Of a stretch of 64,000 bases of DNA, positions 39,959 to 50,061 are shown in pieces. How positions within the stretch are numbered: position 1 is the first letter of the stretch; the number at the start of each line of letters is the position of its first letter. A program made the translations under genes and the position numbers. Below the pieces are notes generated by a model. It searched no databases, was not told where the DNA came from, and worked only from the letters and a program-made list of their open reading frames with translations. The DNA is taken from NCBI GenBank assembly GCA_965140705.1, contig OZ223300.1:672001-736000 (forward strand). The letters run 5' to 3'. The DNA comes from an uncultured Arcobacter sp. (GTDB taxonomy: Bacteria > Campylobacterota > Campylobacteria > Campylobacterales > Arcobacteraceae).

Positions 39959-41587
39959 ATGTTAGGAATAATTGTAGCTACAATTTTTATTGCAATATTT
40001 GTAAACTTATTATTAAAAAAATTTCAATTGCCAACTATTATTGGATATATATTTACAGGTACAATTATAGCTTATTTGTTTGGGTTACATGAAGCAGCAG
40101 TAAATAACCATGATCTAAAAGAAATAGCAGAGTTTGGTGTAGTATTTTTGATGTTTACAATTGGATTAGAGTTTTCTGTTAATGCCTTAATAAGAATGAA
40201 AAGAGAAGTTTTTTTCACAGGAACTTTGCAAATAATTATTACAACTTTAATTGTCGTTCTTATCTCTTTTTATATATTAAATTTTGATTTTAAAACTTCT
40301 ATGATAATAGGAACAGCCTTATCTTTATCTTCTACTGCTATTGTTTTAAAAACATATAATGAAACCAGAGATATTAAAAAAAGACATGGACAAAGGGTTT
40401 TGGGAATTTTGATTATGCAAGATATTGCAGTAATTCCAATACTTTTAATGATATCAATTTTTACAACAAACTCTGAAAATAGTGTTTTATATATAGTTTT
40501 ACAAACAACTATTGCAGCAGTTATTTTAATAGGAATTTTATATTTAAGTGGAAAATATCTACTTGAACCATTTTTAACCCATGTTAGTGAAACAAACTCA
40601 GAAGAACTATTTGTAGGGTCTGTTTTATTAATAGCAATAGGGGCTTCTTATATGGCCCATTATTTCGGATTTTCTTATTCTCTTGGAGCTTTTATAGCTG
40701 GTATGATGATCTCAGAGACAAAGTTTAAACACCAAGTAGAATCAGATCTTATTCCTTTTAGAAATTTGTTATTAGGAGTATTCTTTGTAACTGTTGGTAT
40801 GCAAATAAATTTTGAAATAATTTATTTGCATTTGTTTACGATACTACTTTTATTACCTATTTTAATGATTTTAAAATATTGCATAATTTATTTAATAGTT
40901 AGACTTGATGATACAAAAAGAGTAGCTTTTAAAACTGCTTTTTCATTGGTTCAAATAGGTGAGTTTTCTTTAGCGATATTAGAGTTAGCAAGAAGTGCAA
41001 ACTTGTTAAATGCAACCCATACACAAGTTTTAATTGTAACTATTGTTTTATCTATGATTTTGACTCCAATTGCACTTAAAAATTTATCAAAAATAGCTAG
41101 TTCTTTATTACCAGATGATATTATGGATACAACTAATACCTTAGTTGTCGATAAAGACTTAAAAGGTCATGTAGTCGTTCTTGGATATGGGCACTTGGGA
41201 CAAGAGATTGTACGAGAGTTAAAAGAGCTTAACAATGATTATATTATTATAGAAAATAAAATTCTTTTTTACAAAATGGGAAAAGAGGATAATGAACCAA
41301 TTATTTTTGGAAATGCAGCACATAAACATATTTTAGAGTCTGTAAATATTAGAACCTCTTGTGCAGTTATAGTAGCTATTGATAATCCAGAACAATTAAG
41401 AATTGTTTGTGAGAGTATTAATGAATTGACAAAAAATACTAAAACAATAGTAAAAATTACAAAAACTCAAGATATGAAAAATCTAGATGGATTACACTTA
41501 GAACACATAATTGTGGATGATCAAGTAGTTGCAAAAGCTTTGGTTGAAGAGACTAGAGTTTGTAGTATTGATTTTTCACATAAGTAA
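39959..41587 (+). CDS. CPA2 cation:proton antiporter with KTN/RCK domain (KefB/KefC-like)
   Basis: AEFGVVFLMFTIGLE, LSSTAIV, QDI, GAFIAG, QIGEF; GYGHLG KTN motif. Start at ATG 39959. Confidence 0.9.
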   Translation: MLGIIVATIFIAIFVNLLLKKFQLPTIIGYIFTGTIIAYLFGLHEAAVNNHDLKEIAEFGVVFLMFTIGLEFSVNALIRMKREVFFTGTLQIIITTLIVVLISFYILNFDFKTSMIIGTALSLSSTAIVLKTYNETRDIKKRHGQRVLGILIMQDIAVIPILLMISIFTTNSENSVLYIVLQTTIAAVILIGILYLSGKYLLEPFLTHVSETNSEELFVGSVLLIAIGASYMAHYFGFSYSLGAFIAGMMISETKFKHQVESDLIPFRNLLLGVFFVTVGMQINFEIIYLHLFTILLLLPILMILKYCIIYLIVRLDDTKRVAFKTAFSLVQIGEFSLAILELARSANLLNATHTQVLIVTIVLSMILTPIALKNLSKIASSLLPDDIMDTTNTLVVDKDLKGHVVVLGYGHLGQEIVRELKELNNDYIIIENKILFYKMGKEDNEPIIFGNAAHKHILESVNIRTSCAVIVAIDNPEQLRIVCESINELTKNTKTIVKITKTQDMKNLDGLHLEHIIVDDQVVAKALVEETRVCSIDFSHK

Positions 41588-41607
41588 GATACTAAAAAAG
41601 TATCTTA
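41585..41607. terminator. Bidirectional terminator candidate
   Basis: TAAGATACT-AAAAA-AGTATCTTA between convergent genes. Confidence 0.45.
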
Positions 41608-43311
41608 TTTTATATATCTTGATTTTTGTTTTGCTTTTACCTTATCAATTTCAACTACAATCAGACCATCTACACAGTTTGAAAAATCAGGATCCACATT
41701 AAAGCCTTGAAAGTTTACTCCGCCTTCTTCACATAACTCTGAGTATTGTTTATATAGTGTTGGAACAGCAATTCCCATGTTTGAAAGGGCTGTTTTTAAT
41801 ATCTTGAAATCACTTTTTTTGTCACTTAATTTAAACATCATTTTTATTGACTTTAAATCAATAGAGTATTGATATGGAATTTTTGATTCTAATAGATTAT
41901 CATTACTTGAATAATAGTGAGAATAATAAAATATAAGCATATCTTTTGCAATCTTTGGTAATGAGGCCGAAATAGATACTGGACCATACATGTATTTTAT
42001 TTGTGGATTAGTTTTTAAATATGCTCCAATCCCATACCAAAGATAATCTAAAGCACGACTTCCCCAATATTTTGGTTGAACAAAACTACGTCCTAACTCA
42101 ATTGAATCATCTAAGTAAGGAAGAAATTCATTTTTATATTCAAATAAGGTACTTGAATAAAATCCAGAAACTCCTAAATTATTATTAATAAATTTACCAT
42201 TTCCAATTCTATAAGAACCTACTATTTCTAAAGCTTCCCTATCCCATAAAATAATATGTTCATAATAAATATCATACTTATCTGTATCTCTTTTTTTATT
42301 TATTCCCTCACCCACACTTCTAAAAGATAATTCCCTAAGTCTTCCAAGCTCTTTTAAAACGATTGAATCATCTGTGTAATTATATAAATATATAATCTTA
42401 CCATCTGAAGTCTCACCAATAATTTTTGAACTTTTTAATTCATTCATAATATCTTGTCTTTTTTCAGGGTGAGCAATTGCTTTTTGAGTTACAAAAAAAG
42501 ATTTTTTTCCTTTTTTTAAGGCATAAAGGTGTTTTTTATAAAGGGTTAAAAGATATCTTTTATTAATACCCTTTGGCATAATATTTTCATTTGGAATAAT
42601 TTCACCAATTTTTATGCTAATTCTTTTTGATTTTTTCTTAAACATTTCATGGGATAAAAGCAGAGTTGAAAAGGTTTTATTCAAGATAGAAATTGTATAA
42701 AATATTTTAGAGTTTTTACCATCAACTAATATTGGTAAAATCGGTGCATTACAGTGTTGTGCAAAACTTAAGAAACCTTTACTCCATACTGGGTCTTTTA
42801 TTCCTTTTGGTGTTGCACGGCTAACTTCTCCTGCTGGAAAGATTATGATTGCTTCATCATTGTTAAGTGCATCATAGATAGCTTTAATATCTTTTTTACT
42901 TTGTCTTCTTTTATAATTGTCTATTGGGACAAATAAAGAACTAAGTGCTTCAATACCTGCTAAGAAATCATTTGCAACAATCTTTACATCTTTTCTAACT
43001 TTCCCCACAAGTTTCAATAAACATAAAGCATCCAATCCCCCTAAAGGATGATTTGCTATGATTACCACTTTTCCAGAACTTGGTATATTTTGTATATCAT
43101 TACTAGAAACAGTATAGTCAAAATCAAAATTATCTAAAACAGCATCTACAAATTCAAAACCTTTTTTATGTGCATTTGTTTGTAAAAACTCATTAATAGA
43201 GTCTTCATGTACTACTTTTTTTGCAAGTGTAATTAAAGATTTATTTATAAAAGATGATTCTAAATCAAGTTTTGGAAATTTTTTCTTTATCTCTTTTTCT
43301 ACATTAACCAT
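41605..43311 (-). CDS. olsF: Bifunctional PlsC-like O-acyltransferase plus GNAT N-acyltransferase (OlsF-like ornithine lipid synthase)
   Basis: N-terminal NHPLGGLD (HX4D) and IFPAGEVS. C-terminal GRLRELSFR.VGEG...DKYD...VGSYR...ELGRSFV...LWYGIG...PTLYKQY...FNVDPDF. Confidence 0.75.
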   Translation of the reverse strand: MVNVEKEIKKKFPKLDLESSFINKSLITLAKKVVHEDSINEFLQTNAHKKGFEFVDAVLDNFDFDYTVSSNDIQNIPSSGKVVIIANHPLGGLDALCLLKLVGKVRKDVKIVANDFLAGIEALSSLFVPIDNYKRRQSKKDIKAIYDALNNDEAIIIFPAGEVSRATPKGIKDPVWSKGFLSFAQHCNAPILPILVDGKNSKIFYTISILNKTFSTLLLSHEMFKKKSKRISIKIGEIIPNENIMPKGINKRYLLTLYKKHLYALKKGKKSFFVTQKAIAHPEKRQDIMNELKSSKIIGETSDGKIIYLYNYTDDSIVLKELGRLRELSFRSVGEGINKKRDTDKYDIYYEHIILWDREALEIVGSYRIGNGKFINNNLGVSGFYSSTLFEYKNEFLPYLDDSIELGRSFVQPKYWGSRALDYLWYGIGAYLKTNPQIKYMYGPVSISASLPKIAKDMLIFYYSHYYSSNDNLLESKIPYQYSIDLKSIKMMFKLSDKKSDFKILKTALSNMGIAVPTLYKQYSELCEEGGVNFQGFNVDPDFSNCVDGLIVVEIDKVKAKQKSRYIK

Positions 43312-43333
43312 TTGTGTCCTTTTGTTATTTGAT

Positions 43334-43367
43334 ATTTTATATTTAAATGATTACATGATGGTTACTC
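43334..43367 (-). promoter_or_regulatory. Pho-box-like direct repeat plus -10 element upstream of olsF
   Basis: Minus strand reads GAGTAAC-CATC-ATGTAAT, then exactly 10 nt, then TAAAAT. Confidence 0.5.
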
Positions 43368-43431
43368 TTTTTTTTCTTTTTTCTTTTGTTTGTTTATGGT
43401 AAACTCCACAAAAAAGTTAAAGGAGAGGTTT

Positions 43432-44139
43432 TTGAACAAATCATTAGTTACAAATTTATTATCTTTATTGGTGGTTATTTTAGGTTTTGTTTTAAAACAA
43501 GATATGCTTTTTATGGTGGGACTTTTTTCTTTAAGTGGAGCTATAACAAATGCTTTAGCAATTCATATGCTTTTTGAAAAAGTTCCTTTTTTATATGGTT
43601 CTGGTGTTGTTGAAAATAGATTTGAAGAGTTCAAAAAAGGAATCCATTCTTTAATAATGGAACAATTCTTTACAAAAGAGAATTTGCAAAAATTCTTTGA
43701 AGAAGAGCTTACTTCAAAAAAATCAAATTTTGACTTATCTCCAATATTAGAAAAAACAGATTTTACACCAGCTTTTGACTCACTAAAACAAGCAGTTTTA
43801 GAATCTCCATTTGGAAATATGTTAGGAATGTTTGGTGGGGAGTCTGCTTTAGAGCCTTTAAAAGGGCCTTTTGTTGGAAAACTAAAAGGTGCCATTGTTA
43901 CTATTTCAAAGAATGAATCTTTTCAAAACTCTTTACATGAGAGCTTAGGTTCATCAAATATAAGTGATGATATTTATGAAAAGGTTAGCTTAATAGTAAA
44001 TAGTAGACTTGGAGAATTAACTCCTGTGATGGTAAAAGAGATTGTTCAAAAGATGATAAAAGAACACCTTGGCTGGTTAGTTGTTTGGGGTGGAGTTTTT
44101 GGTGGACTTATTGGGTTCTTTTCAACTTTAGTAAGGTAG
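43432..44139 (+). CDS. DUF445-family membrane protein
   Basis: GAITNALAIHMLFEKVPFLYGSGV; EHLGWLVVWGGVFGGLIG. TTG start at 43432 with an AGGAG RBS. Confidence 0.85.
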   Translation: MNKSLVTNLLSLLVVILGFVLKQDMLFMVGLFSLSGAITNALAIHMLFEKVPFLYGSGVVENRFEEFKKGIHSLIMEQFFTKENLQKFFEEELTSKKSNFDLSPILEKTDFTPAFDSLKQAVLESPFGNMLGMFGGESALEPLKGPFVGKLKGAIVTISKNESFQNSLHESLGSSNISDDIYEKVSLIVNSRLGELTPVMVKEIVQKMIKEHLGWLVVWGGVFGGLIGFFSTLVR

Positions 44140-44151
44140 TATTTATGTAAA

Positions 44152-44183
44152 GTGAGTAACACTTTTTTATAAGTGTTATTCAC
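44152..44183. terminator. Bidirectional terminator candidate
   Basis: GTGAGTAACACTT-TTTTAT-AAGTGTTATTCAC between convergent genes. Confidence 0.6.
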
Positions 44184-44213
44184 ATAAGCTTACTGCAAAA
44201 ATTTAGAATAATA

Positions 44214-46481
44214 TTAAGCTAAATTCTTACCATCAAAATTATTTTTACTTACTCCTATAACAACATTGTCAGATATCTCTTTAGTTTTCTTTGCAATATC
44301 ATTTGTTTCCTCTGCAATAGCTGCATTTTCTTGTGTAACTTTATCTAGCATATTAACTGCATCTGCAATTTGTTGTATTCCTAAGTTTTGTTCATTTGCC
44401 GCTGCTGCAACATCATTAATTAATTTACTAGTTTCTATAATTCTATTTTCTAAAGTAGTAAATCCTTCAATCATATTAGAACTAATATTTTTACCATTAT
44501 TAGCTTTTTCTGTAGCAGTTTCAACTAAACTTTTTATATCTTTTGCAACTTCTGCACTTCTTGAAGCTAAGTTTCTCACTTCTTGTGCAACAACTGCAAA
44601 ACCTTTTCCAGCTTCTCCTGCAGTTGCAGCTTCAACTGCTGCATTTAGAGATAAGATATTTGTTTGAAATGCTATTTGATCAATCATAGTTATAGCTTCA
44701 CTTATATTTAGCACTGTATTATTTATATCATCCATAGAAGTTGCTGTATCAGTTGCTAATTGTTTACCTGTAGTAGCTGAATCTTTTGTCTCATTTGATA
44801 TAGAATGCATCTCTTGTGCTTTAATATTTGTTTGTTCAATATTACTTGTAATCTCTTCAATTGAGGCTGCTGTCTCTTCTAATGACGCAGCTTGTTTAGT
44901 TGCATTACTACTAATTGTTCTAACACTATTTGATAGATTATCAGCACTTTCTTTTAAAGAAACACCATCTTCTTGACTATCTTGTAGCATTTTTGTAATC
45001 ATTTCATTCATGTGAATGATTTCTTTACCTATTTTACCAGAATCAGCTCCAAGCTTCATAGTAAAATCTCTATTTGAATAACTCTCTAGGGTATGAATAA
45101 TATTATTTATATCTTTACCAACTTGGTGTTCTAATTGTTCTAACATATGATTTAAAATCTCTTTTAATTCATTTAATGAATCAGTAGAAGTTACTTTTGT
45201 TACTCTACTATCAAATTTACCTTCAGTAATGGTATTTGCAATACCTTTAACATCTTCAATTAGAGCCATATCTTGTTGTGTAGCTGTTTTTATATTTTTT
45301 ACATTTTCATTAATAGAGTGAGCCATTCTTCCAAATTCGCATGTTGTATTTATATCAATCTCTTTTGTTGCAGATTTTTTTGTATTTAAAAATTCAAAAA
45401 AACTTTCCAAGCCAGATGATATTTTTTTAAGATAAATATTTAATTGTTTAACTGAAAGTAGAATAATTATTGCAATTACAATTAAACTTATTATTGAAGA
45501 TATGATAGATACATTTCTAATAAAATTAGCATTTGCAAGATATTCTTCTTTTGGTGCAGATATAACAAAAGTCCAATTTGTACCCGTATCTTTCAAACTA
45601 AATGGTTGAGAATAATAAATTGATGATTGACCAGTAATCAATGAATCTTTAAAGAAAAAATAAGATTCTCCTTTTTTACTTTTTTCAAGCATATTTGCAT
45701 AATCTTTATCATTTTTTACAATATCAAGCATTTTCTTATTTTGAAATTCTTTTTTTGGATGCCCTACTATTATGCCATTACTGTCAACAATAATTCCATA
45801 TCCATTTTTATATAATTTAATACGAGAAGCTAAGTTAGCTAAACCCTTTAAGAGAAAATCAATTCCAGCAGCACCAATAAATTCACCATCTTTATACATA
45901 GGAACAGAAACTGTTACAACTAATTGGTCAACACCATTAATTTTCCAAAAGTAAGGTTTTGTTATAAAAGTTTTACCAGCTTCTTTAGCTCCTTTAATCC
46001 ATCCTATTTTTTCATCATAAGGGGTACCTGGAGCAACCGATATTCCATTTTTAGATTTTGCAACAAAGGGATGAAAAATTCCAAGTTTATTATATGCACT
46101 TCCCTCTTGTGGATTTTCTACTTTTGCTGTTAATTTTTCACCATATTTAGGACTATACCAAATACTATTAATAGTGTCATTTTCATTTAAAATAGACTTT
46201 TCTAAAGAAATCATTTCCTCTGGATTTATTTGTGCATTATTAACTGCTGCTGCTTGTATTCTAGAGGCAAATACTTGTGCAACAGAAATTGCGTTATCGA
46301 GTTCTCCTTTAATTTCAATTGCATTTTTTGAAGCAAATGTTTTTCTAAATGTTTCTGCATCTTCTTGCGCAGCCTTGTAAGAATAATTTACAATGACTAT
46401 TGAAGAAAGAGATACAACAACAAAAACAGTTCCAAGTATTTTTAGTAGAAGTTTTTTTCCAAAACTAGATTTTTTTTCCAT
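44214..46481 (-). CDS. Methyl-accepting chemotaxis protein with a double-Cache sensor domain
   Basis: TM, ITKPY...TVSVP...GAAGID Cache motifs, TM; IAFQTNILSLNAAVEAATAGEAGKGFAVVAQEVRNLA. Confidence 0.95.
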   Translation of the reverse strand: MEKKSSFGKKLLLKILGTVFVVVSLSSIVIVNYSYKAAQEDAETFRKTFASKNAIEIKGELDNAISVAQVFASRIQAAAVNNAQINPEEMISLEKSILNENDTINSIWYSPKYGEKLTAKVENPQEGSAYNKLGIFHPFVAKSKNGISVAPGTPYDEKIGWIKGAKEAGKTFITKPYFWKINGVDQLVVTVSVPMYKDGEFIGAAGIDFLLKGLANLASRIKLYKNGYGIIVDSNGIIVGHPKKEFQNKKMLDIVKNDKDYANMLEKSKKGESYFFFKDSLITGQSSIYYSQPFSLKDTGTNWTFVISAPKEEYLANANFIRNVSIISSIISLIVIAIIILLSVKQLNIYLKKISSGLESFFEFLNTKKSATKEIDINTTCEFGRMAHSINENVKNIKTATQQDMALIEDVKGIANTITEGKFDSRVTKVTSTDSLNELKEILNHMLEQLEHQVGKDINNIIHTLESYSNRDFTMKLGADSGKIGKEIIHMNEMITKMLQDSQEDGVSLKESADNLSNSVRTISSNATKQAASLEETAASIEEITSNIEQTNIKAQEMHSISNETKDSATTGKQLATDTATSMDDINNTVLNISEAITMIDQIAFQTNILSLNAAVEAATAGEAGKGFAVVAQEVRNLASRSAEVAKDIKSLVETATEKANNGKNISSNMIEGFTTLENRIIETSKLINDVAAAANEQNLGIQQIADAVNMLDKVTQENAAIAEETNDIAKKTKEISDNVVIGVSKNNFDGKNLA

Positions 46482-46690
46482 AAGAAATTCCTTTTAATTA
46501 GTTACTATAATAAATACAAAAAACTTGAATACAAATATCATTATAGTTAAAGTTTTAAAAAATAATTATAAAAAGAAATTTTTTTCTTTTATTTTTCCAA
46601 TTTTCTAAATCTCAAATTAATGCTTATTTAAATACAATACTTTTTTAAAAATGGTATAAACTATCATGTAGTAGTACCTTAGGAGATAAA

Positions 46691-46987
46691 TTGGAAAATA
46701 TTGAATTAGTAGTTATATTAGATGTAGAAAATTTAAAAGATAAAGAAAAGTTTGAAAAGCACTTAAAAAAAGAAGGATTTAATATTGTTCCAGAAGAAGA
46801 ATTCGTTTATACTGGCATTTCAAGTACAACAACCTTTTCAACAAAAGCATATATTTTAGAAGTATTTAAAAAAGGTTTACAAAAAACTGAATTTGATTCT
46901 TGTAATATGGTTTTTTTACTTAATGAGACTCCTTATCCCCCATACACTTATGATAAAACAACAAATGACTTTGAAGAGGTTAAATAG
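46691..46987 (+). CDS. Small hypothetical protein, possibly ferredoxin-like (Cas2/VapD-like) fold
   Basis: AGGAG RBS, TTG start; ends 2 nt before mfd; pattern VVILDV...HLKKEGF...FVYTG. Confidence 0.7.
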   Translation: MENIELVVILDVENLKDKEKFEKHLKKEGFNIVPEEEFVYTGISSTTTFSTKAYILEVFKKGLQKTEFDSCNMVFLLNETPYPPYTYDKTTNDFEEVK

Positions 46988-46989
46988 TA

Positions 46990-49959
46990 TTGAATAACCT
47001 ATTTGAATTTTTTAAAGAGAAAAATGATTGTAAGCTTCTAATAGTAAGTGATGATAAAGAGGCACAAGAAGCTTTTGACGTATTAGCTTTCAATCAAAAA
47101 AAGCCCTTTGTATTAGCTGATTTTAGGGCAAATTTTGGAGATGATTTACTTTCTTTTTCAGAAGAATTACAAAATATAACTAAAACTTTAAATGAGTTTT
47201 ATTCTTATAAAAAAGAGAATAAAGTTCTAGTTGTACCTTTACGAACAGCTTCATATAAAATGCCTGTAGAGAAGTGTTTTGACTCATTTAAAATAGAGTT
47301 TGCTTCAACTATTGATTTGGAAAAACTAAAAGATAAACTTTACAATTGGGGATATTATTTTGTAGATATTGTGACAAGTGAGGGAGAAGTCTCTCTTCGA
47401 GGTGATATACTTGATATTTGTCCTTTGGGAGCAAATAAAGGCTTTAGAGTAAGTTTGTTTGATGATGAGGTTGAAAGTATTAGGGAGTTTGATATTGAAG
47501 ATCAAAAATCAGCAAAAGAAGAGATAGACTCTTTTAATATTACTCCTGCTTTTTTGGCTTTAAATGAAGATGAGATAGATAGAATAAATGAAGAGTTAGA
47601 GAGTGTTGAAAGTGATGCTTTTATAAAAGATATACACTCTTTAGGATTTTGGTATTTAGATGATTTGGGAGAGTATTTACCTTCTAAGTTTACTTCATAT
47701 ATTACTTATAATGCCCTTGATGAACTTGAAGAGGCATATATTTTTGAAGCAAAAAGAATAGATAAAGAGAAGTTTTTAACTCTACCAAAAATACCAAAAG
47801 CTAAAAAATATCAAATAATAAATCCAGCAAATGTAAAAGAGTTTTTAACTTTTCATGATGGAAAAAAACATACTATTATCTCAACAACAGAAGCTAAGGT
47901 AAAAAGCTTTGATTTAGAACTAAGTGATAAAAAAATAAACTATGTTTTTGAACCATATATTATAAATTTAGTAAGTGATGATGAGGTCATTATATCACTT
48001 AACAAAGAGATAAAGAAAAAAAGAAAAAAGAAAATCAAGCTTGTACTTGATGAACTTCTTGTAAATGATTTTGTTGTACATGAACAACACGGTATAGGAC
48101 AATATAAAGGAATAGAACCTGTTGTTGTAATGGGAGCAAAAAGAGACTTTGTAATAGTTGCATATGCAAATGATGATAAGCTTTTAATACCTGTTGAGAA
48201 TATAGACTTAATAGATAGATATGTGGCAGATGGTAGTTCTTATGCTGTTGTTGATACTTTAGGTAAAGGAAGTTTTGCCAAACTAAAAGATAAAGTAAAA
48301 GATAGACTTTTTGCCATAGCAAATGACATTATAAAAATGGCAGCTGCAAGGGAACTTGTAAATGGTATAAAAATAGATTGTAATAAAAAAATACTAACTG
48401 ATTTTGCTTCAAGTGCTGGATTTGATTATACAAAAGATCAAAAAAGAAGTATTCAAGAAATATTTGATGATTTGTCAAGTGGAAAAGTGATGGATAGATT
48501 ATTATCTGGTGATGTTGGTTTTGGTAAAACAGAAGTTGCTATGAATGCACTTTTAGCTGTTATTTTAGATGGGCATCAAGCTCTATTTGTCTGTCCTACA
48601 ACTTTACTTGCCTCACAACACTTCCATGGGATTAAGAAAAGGTTTGATGGATTTGGGATAAGAATGGCTCAACTTGATGGGAAAACAACAGCTAAAGAGA
48701 AAACTCATGTAAAAAAAGCACTGGAAAATGGTGATATTGATTTAGTAGTTGGAACACACTCTTTACTTGATATTAAAACAAAAGATTTAGCTTTGGTTGT
48801 GATTGATGAAGAGCATAAATTTGGAGTAAAACAAAAAGAGAAATTAAAAGCACTTAGAGAAGATGTACATATTTTTTCTATGAGTGCTACTCCAATTCCA
48901 CGGACTTTAAATCTTGCCTTATCAAAACTAAAAGGTATGAGTTCACTTTTAACTCCTCCAACTGAGAGATTAGGTGTTAGGTCTTACGTAAAAGAGTTTG
49001 ATGAAAAACTTATAAAAGAGATAGTTTTAAGGGAAAAAAGAAGAGGTGGACAGCTTTTTTATGTACATAATAATATTGCTTCAATGGAAGCAAAAAAAGC
49101 AGATATAGAAGAGCTTATTCCAAATATAAAAATTGAGATGATTCACTCAAAAATCACCCAAGTAAAAGCTGAGAAATTAATTGAAGATTTCAATGATGGT
49201 AAGTTTGACATATTACTTGCTACTTCAATAGTAGAATCGGGACTTCACTTGCCAAATGCAAACTCTATGATAATAGATGGTGCAGATAGATTTGGTATAG
49301 CTGATTTACATCAACTAAGAGGAAGAGTAGGGCGAGGGCATAAGGAAGGTTTTTGTTATTTTATTGTTGAAGACAAGAAAAAAATCACAAGTGATGCCAT
49401 AAAAAGATTACTTGCCTTAGAGTCAAACTCATACTTAGGAAGTGGAACAGCTTTAGCCCATCAAGATTTAGAAATAAGAGGTGGTGGAAATATCATTGGA
49501 GAAGCACAAAGTGGACATATCAAACAAATAGGATATGGACTATATCTTAAAATGTTAGAAGATACTTTAGCAACACTTAGTGGCGAATCAAAAGAAGAGA
49601 GTCAAGTTGTGGATATAAAACTTGCTATTTCTGCTTTTATTTCAAGTGATTATATTGTAGAAGATAGGGTAAGATTAGAACTTTATAGACGACTTGGAAA
49701 AGCTAAATCAAAAGAGGCAGTTTATGAAATAGAAGAAGAGATGGAAGATAGATTTGGTAAACCAGATACTCCTACAAAACAGTTTCTAGAACTAATTATG
49801 ATAAAAATTTTAGCTTTACAAAAAGAAATAAAAACAGTATCAAGTTATGAGATGAATGTAACCTTTACAAAAAATGATGATACAAAAGAGACAATTAAAT
49901 CTCCAAGTAAAGATGATGATGATATTATTGCTACAACATTGAAGTACTTGCGAAAATAA
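46990..49959 (+). CDS. mfd: Transcription-repair coupling factor
   Basis: RGDILDI, VVHEQHGIG (RID), GDVGFGKT, DEEHKFGV, SATPIPRTL, HQLRGRVGR, TRCF C-terminus. Confidence 0.97.
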   Translation: MNNLFEFFKEKNDCKLLIVSDDKEAQEAFDVLAFNQKKPFVLADFRANFGDDLLSFSEELQNITKTLNEFYSYKKENKVLVVPLRTASYKMPVEKCFDSFKIEFASTIDLEKLKDKLYNWGYYFVDIVTSEGEVSLRGDILDICPLGANKGFRVSLFDDEVESIREFDIEDQKSAKEEIDSFNITPAFLALNEDEIDRINEELESVESDAFIKDIHSLGFWYLDDLGEYLPSKFTSYITYNALDELEEAYIFEAKRIDKEKFLTLPKIPKAKKYQIINPANVKEFLTFHDGKKHTIISTTEAKVKSFDLELSDKKINYVFEPYIINLVSDDEVIISLNKEIKKKRKKKIKLVLDELLVNDFVVHEQHGIGQYKGIEPVVVMGAKRDFVIVAYANDDKLLIPVENIDLIDRYVADGSSYAVVDTLGKGSFAKLKDKVKDRLFAIANDIIKMAAARELVNGIKIDCNKKILTDFASSAGFDYTKDQKRSIQEIFDDLSSGKVMDRLLSGDVGFGKTEVAMNALLAVILDGHQALFVCPTTLLASQHFHGIKKRFDGFGIRMAQLDGKTTAKEKTHVKKALENGDIDLVVGTHSLLDIKTKDLALVVIDEEHKFGVKQKEKLKALREDVHIFSMSATPIPRTLNLALSKLKGMSSLLTPPTERLGVRSYVKEFDEKLIKEIVLREKRRGGQLFYVHNNIASMEAKKADIEELIPNIKIEMIHSKITQVKAEKLIEDFNDGKFDILLATSIVESGLHLPNANSMIIDGADRFGIADLHQLRGRVGRGHKEGFCYFIVEDKKKITSDAIKRLLALESNSYLGSGTALAHQDLEIRGGGNIIGEAQSGHIKQIGYGLYLKMLEDTLATLSGESKEESQVVDIKLAISAFISSDYIVEDRVRLELYRRLGKAKSKEAVYEIEEEMEDRFGKPDTPTKQFLELIMIKILALQKEIKTVSSYEMNVTFTKNDDTKETIKSPSKDDDDIIATTLKYLRK

Positions 49960-50061
49960 ATCTACAATTTTATAATCATTCTAATAGTTATATTTTACAA
50001 AAATGAACAGTTTCGAATATTTTATGATAAAGGAAATGGAATAAATGAAAATCTTAGTTTT

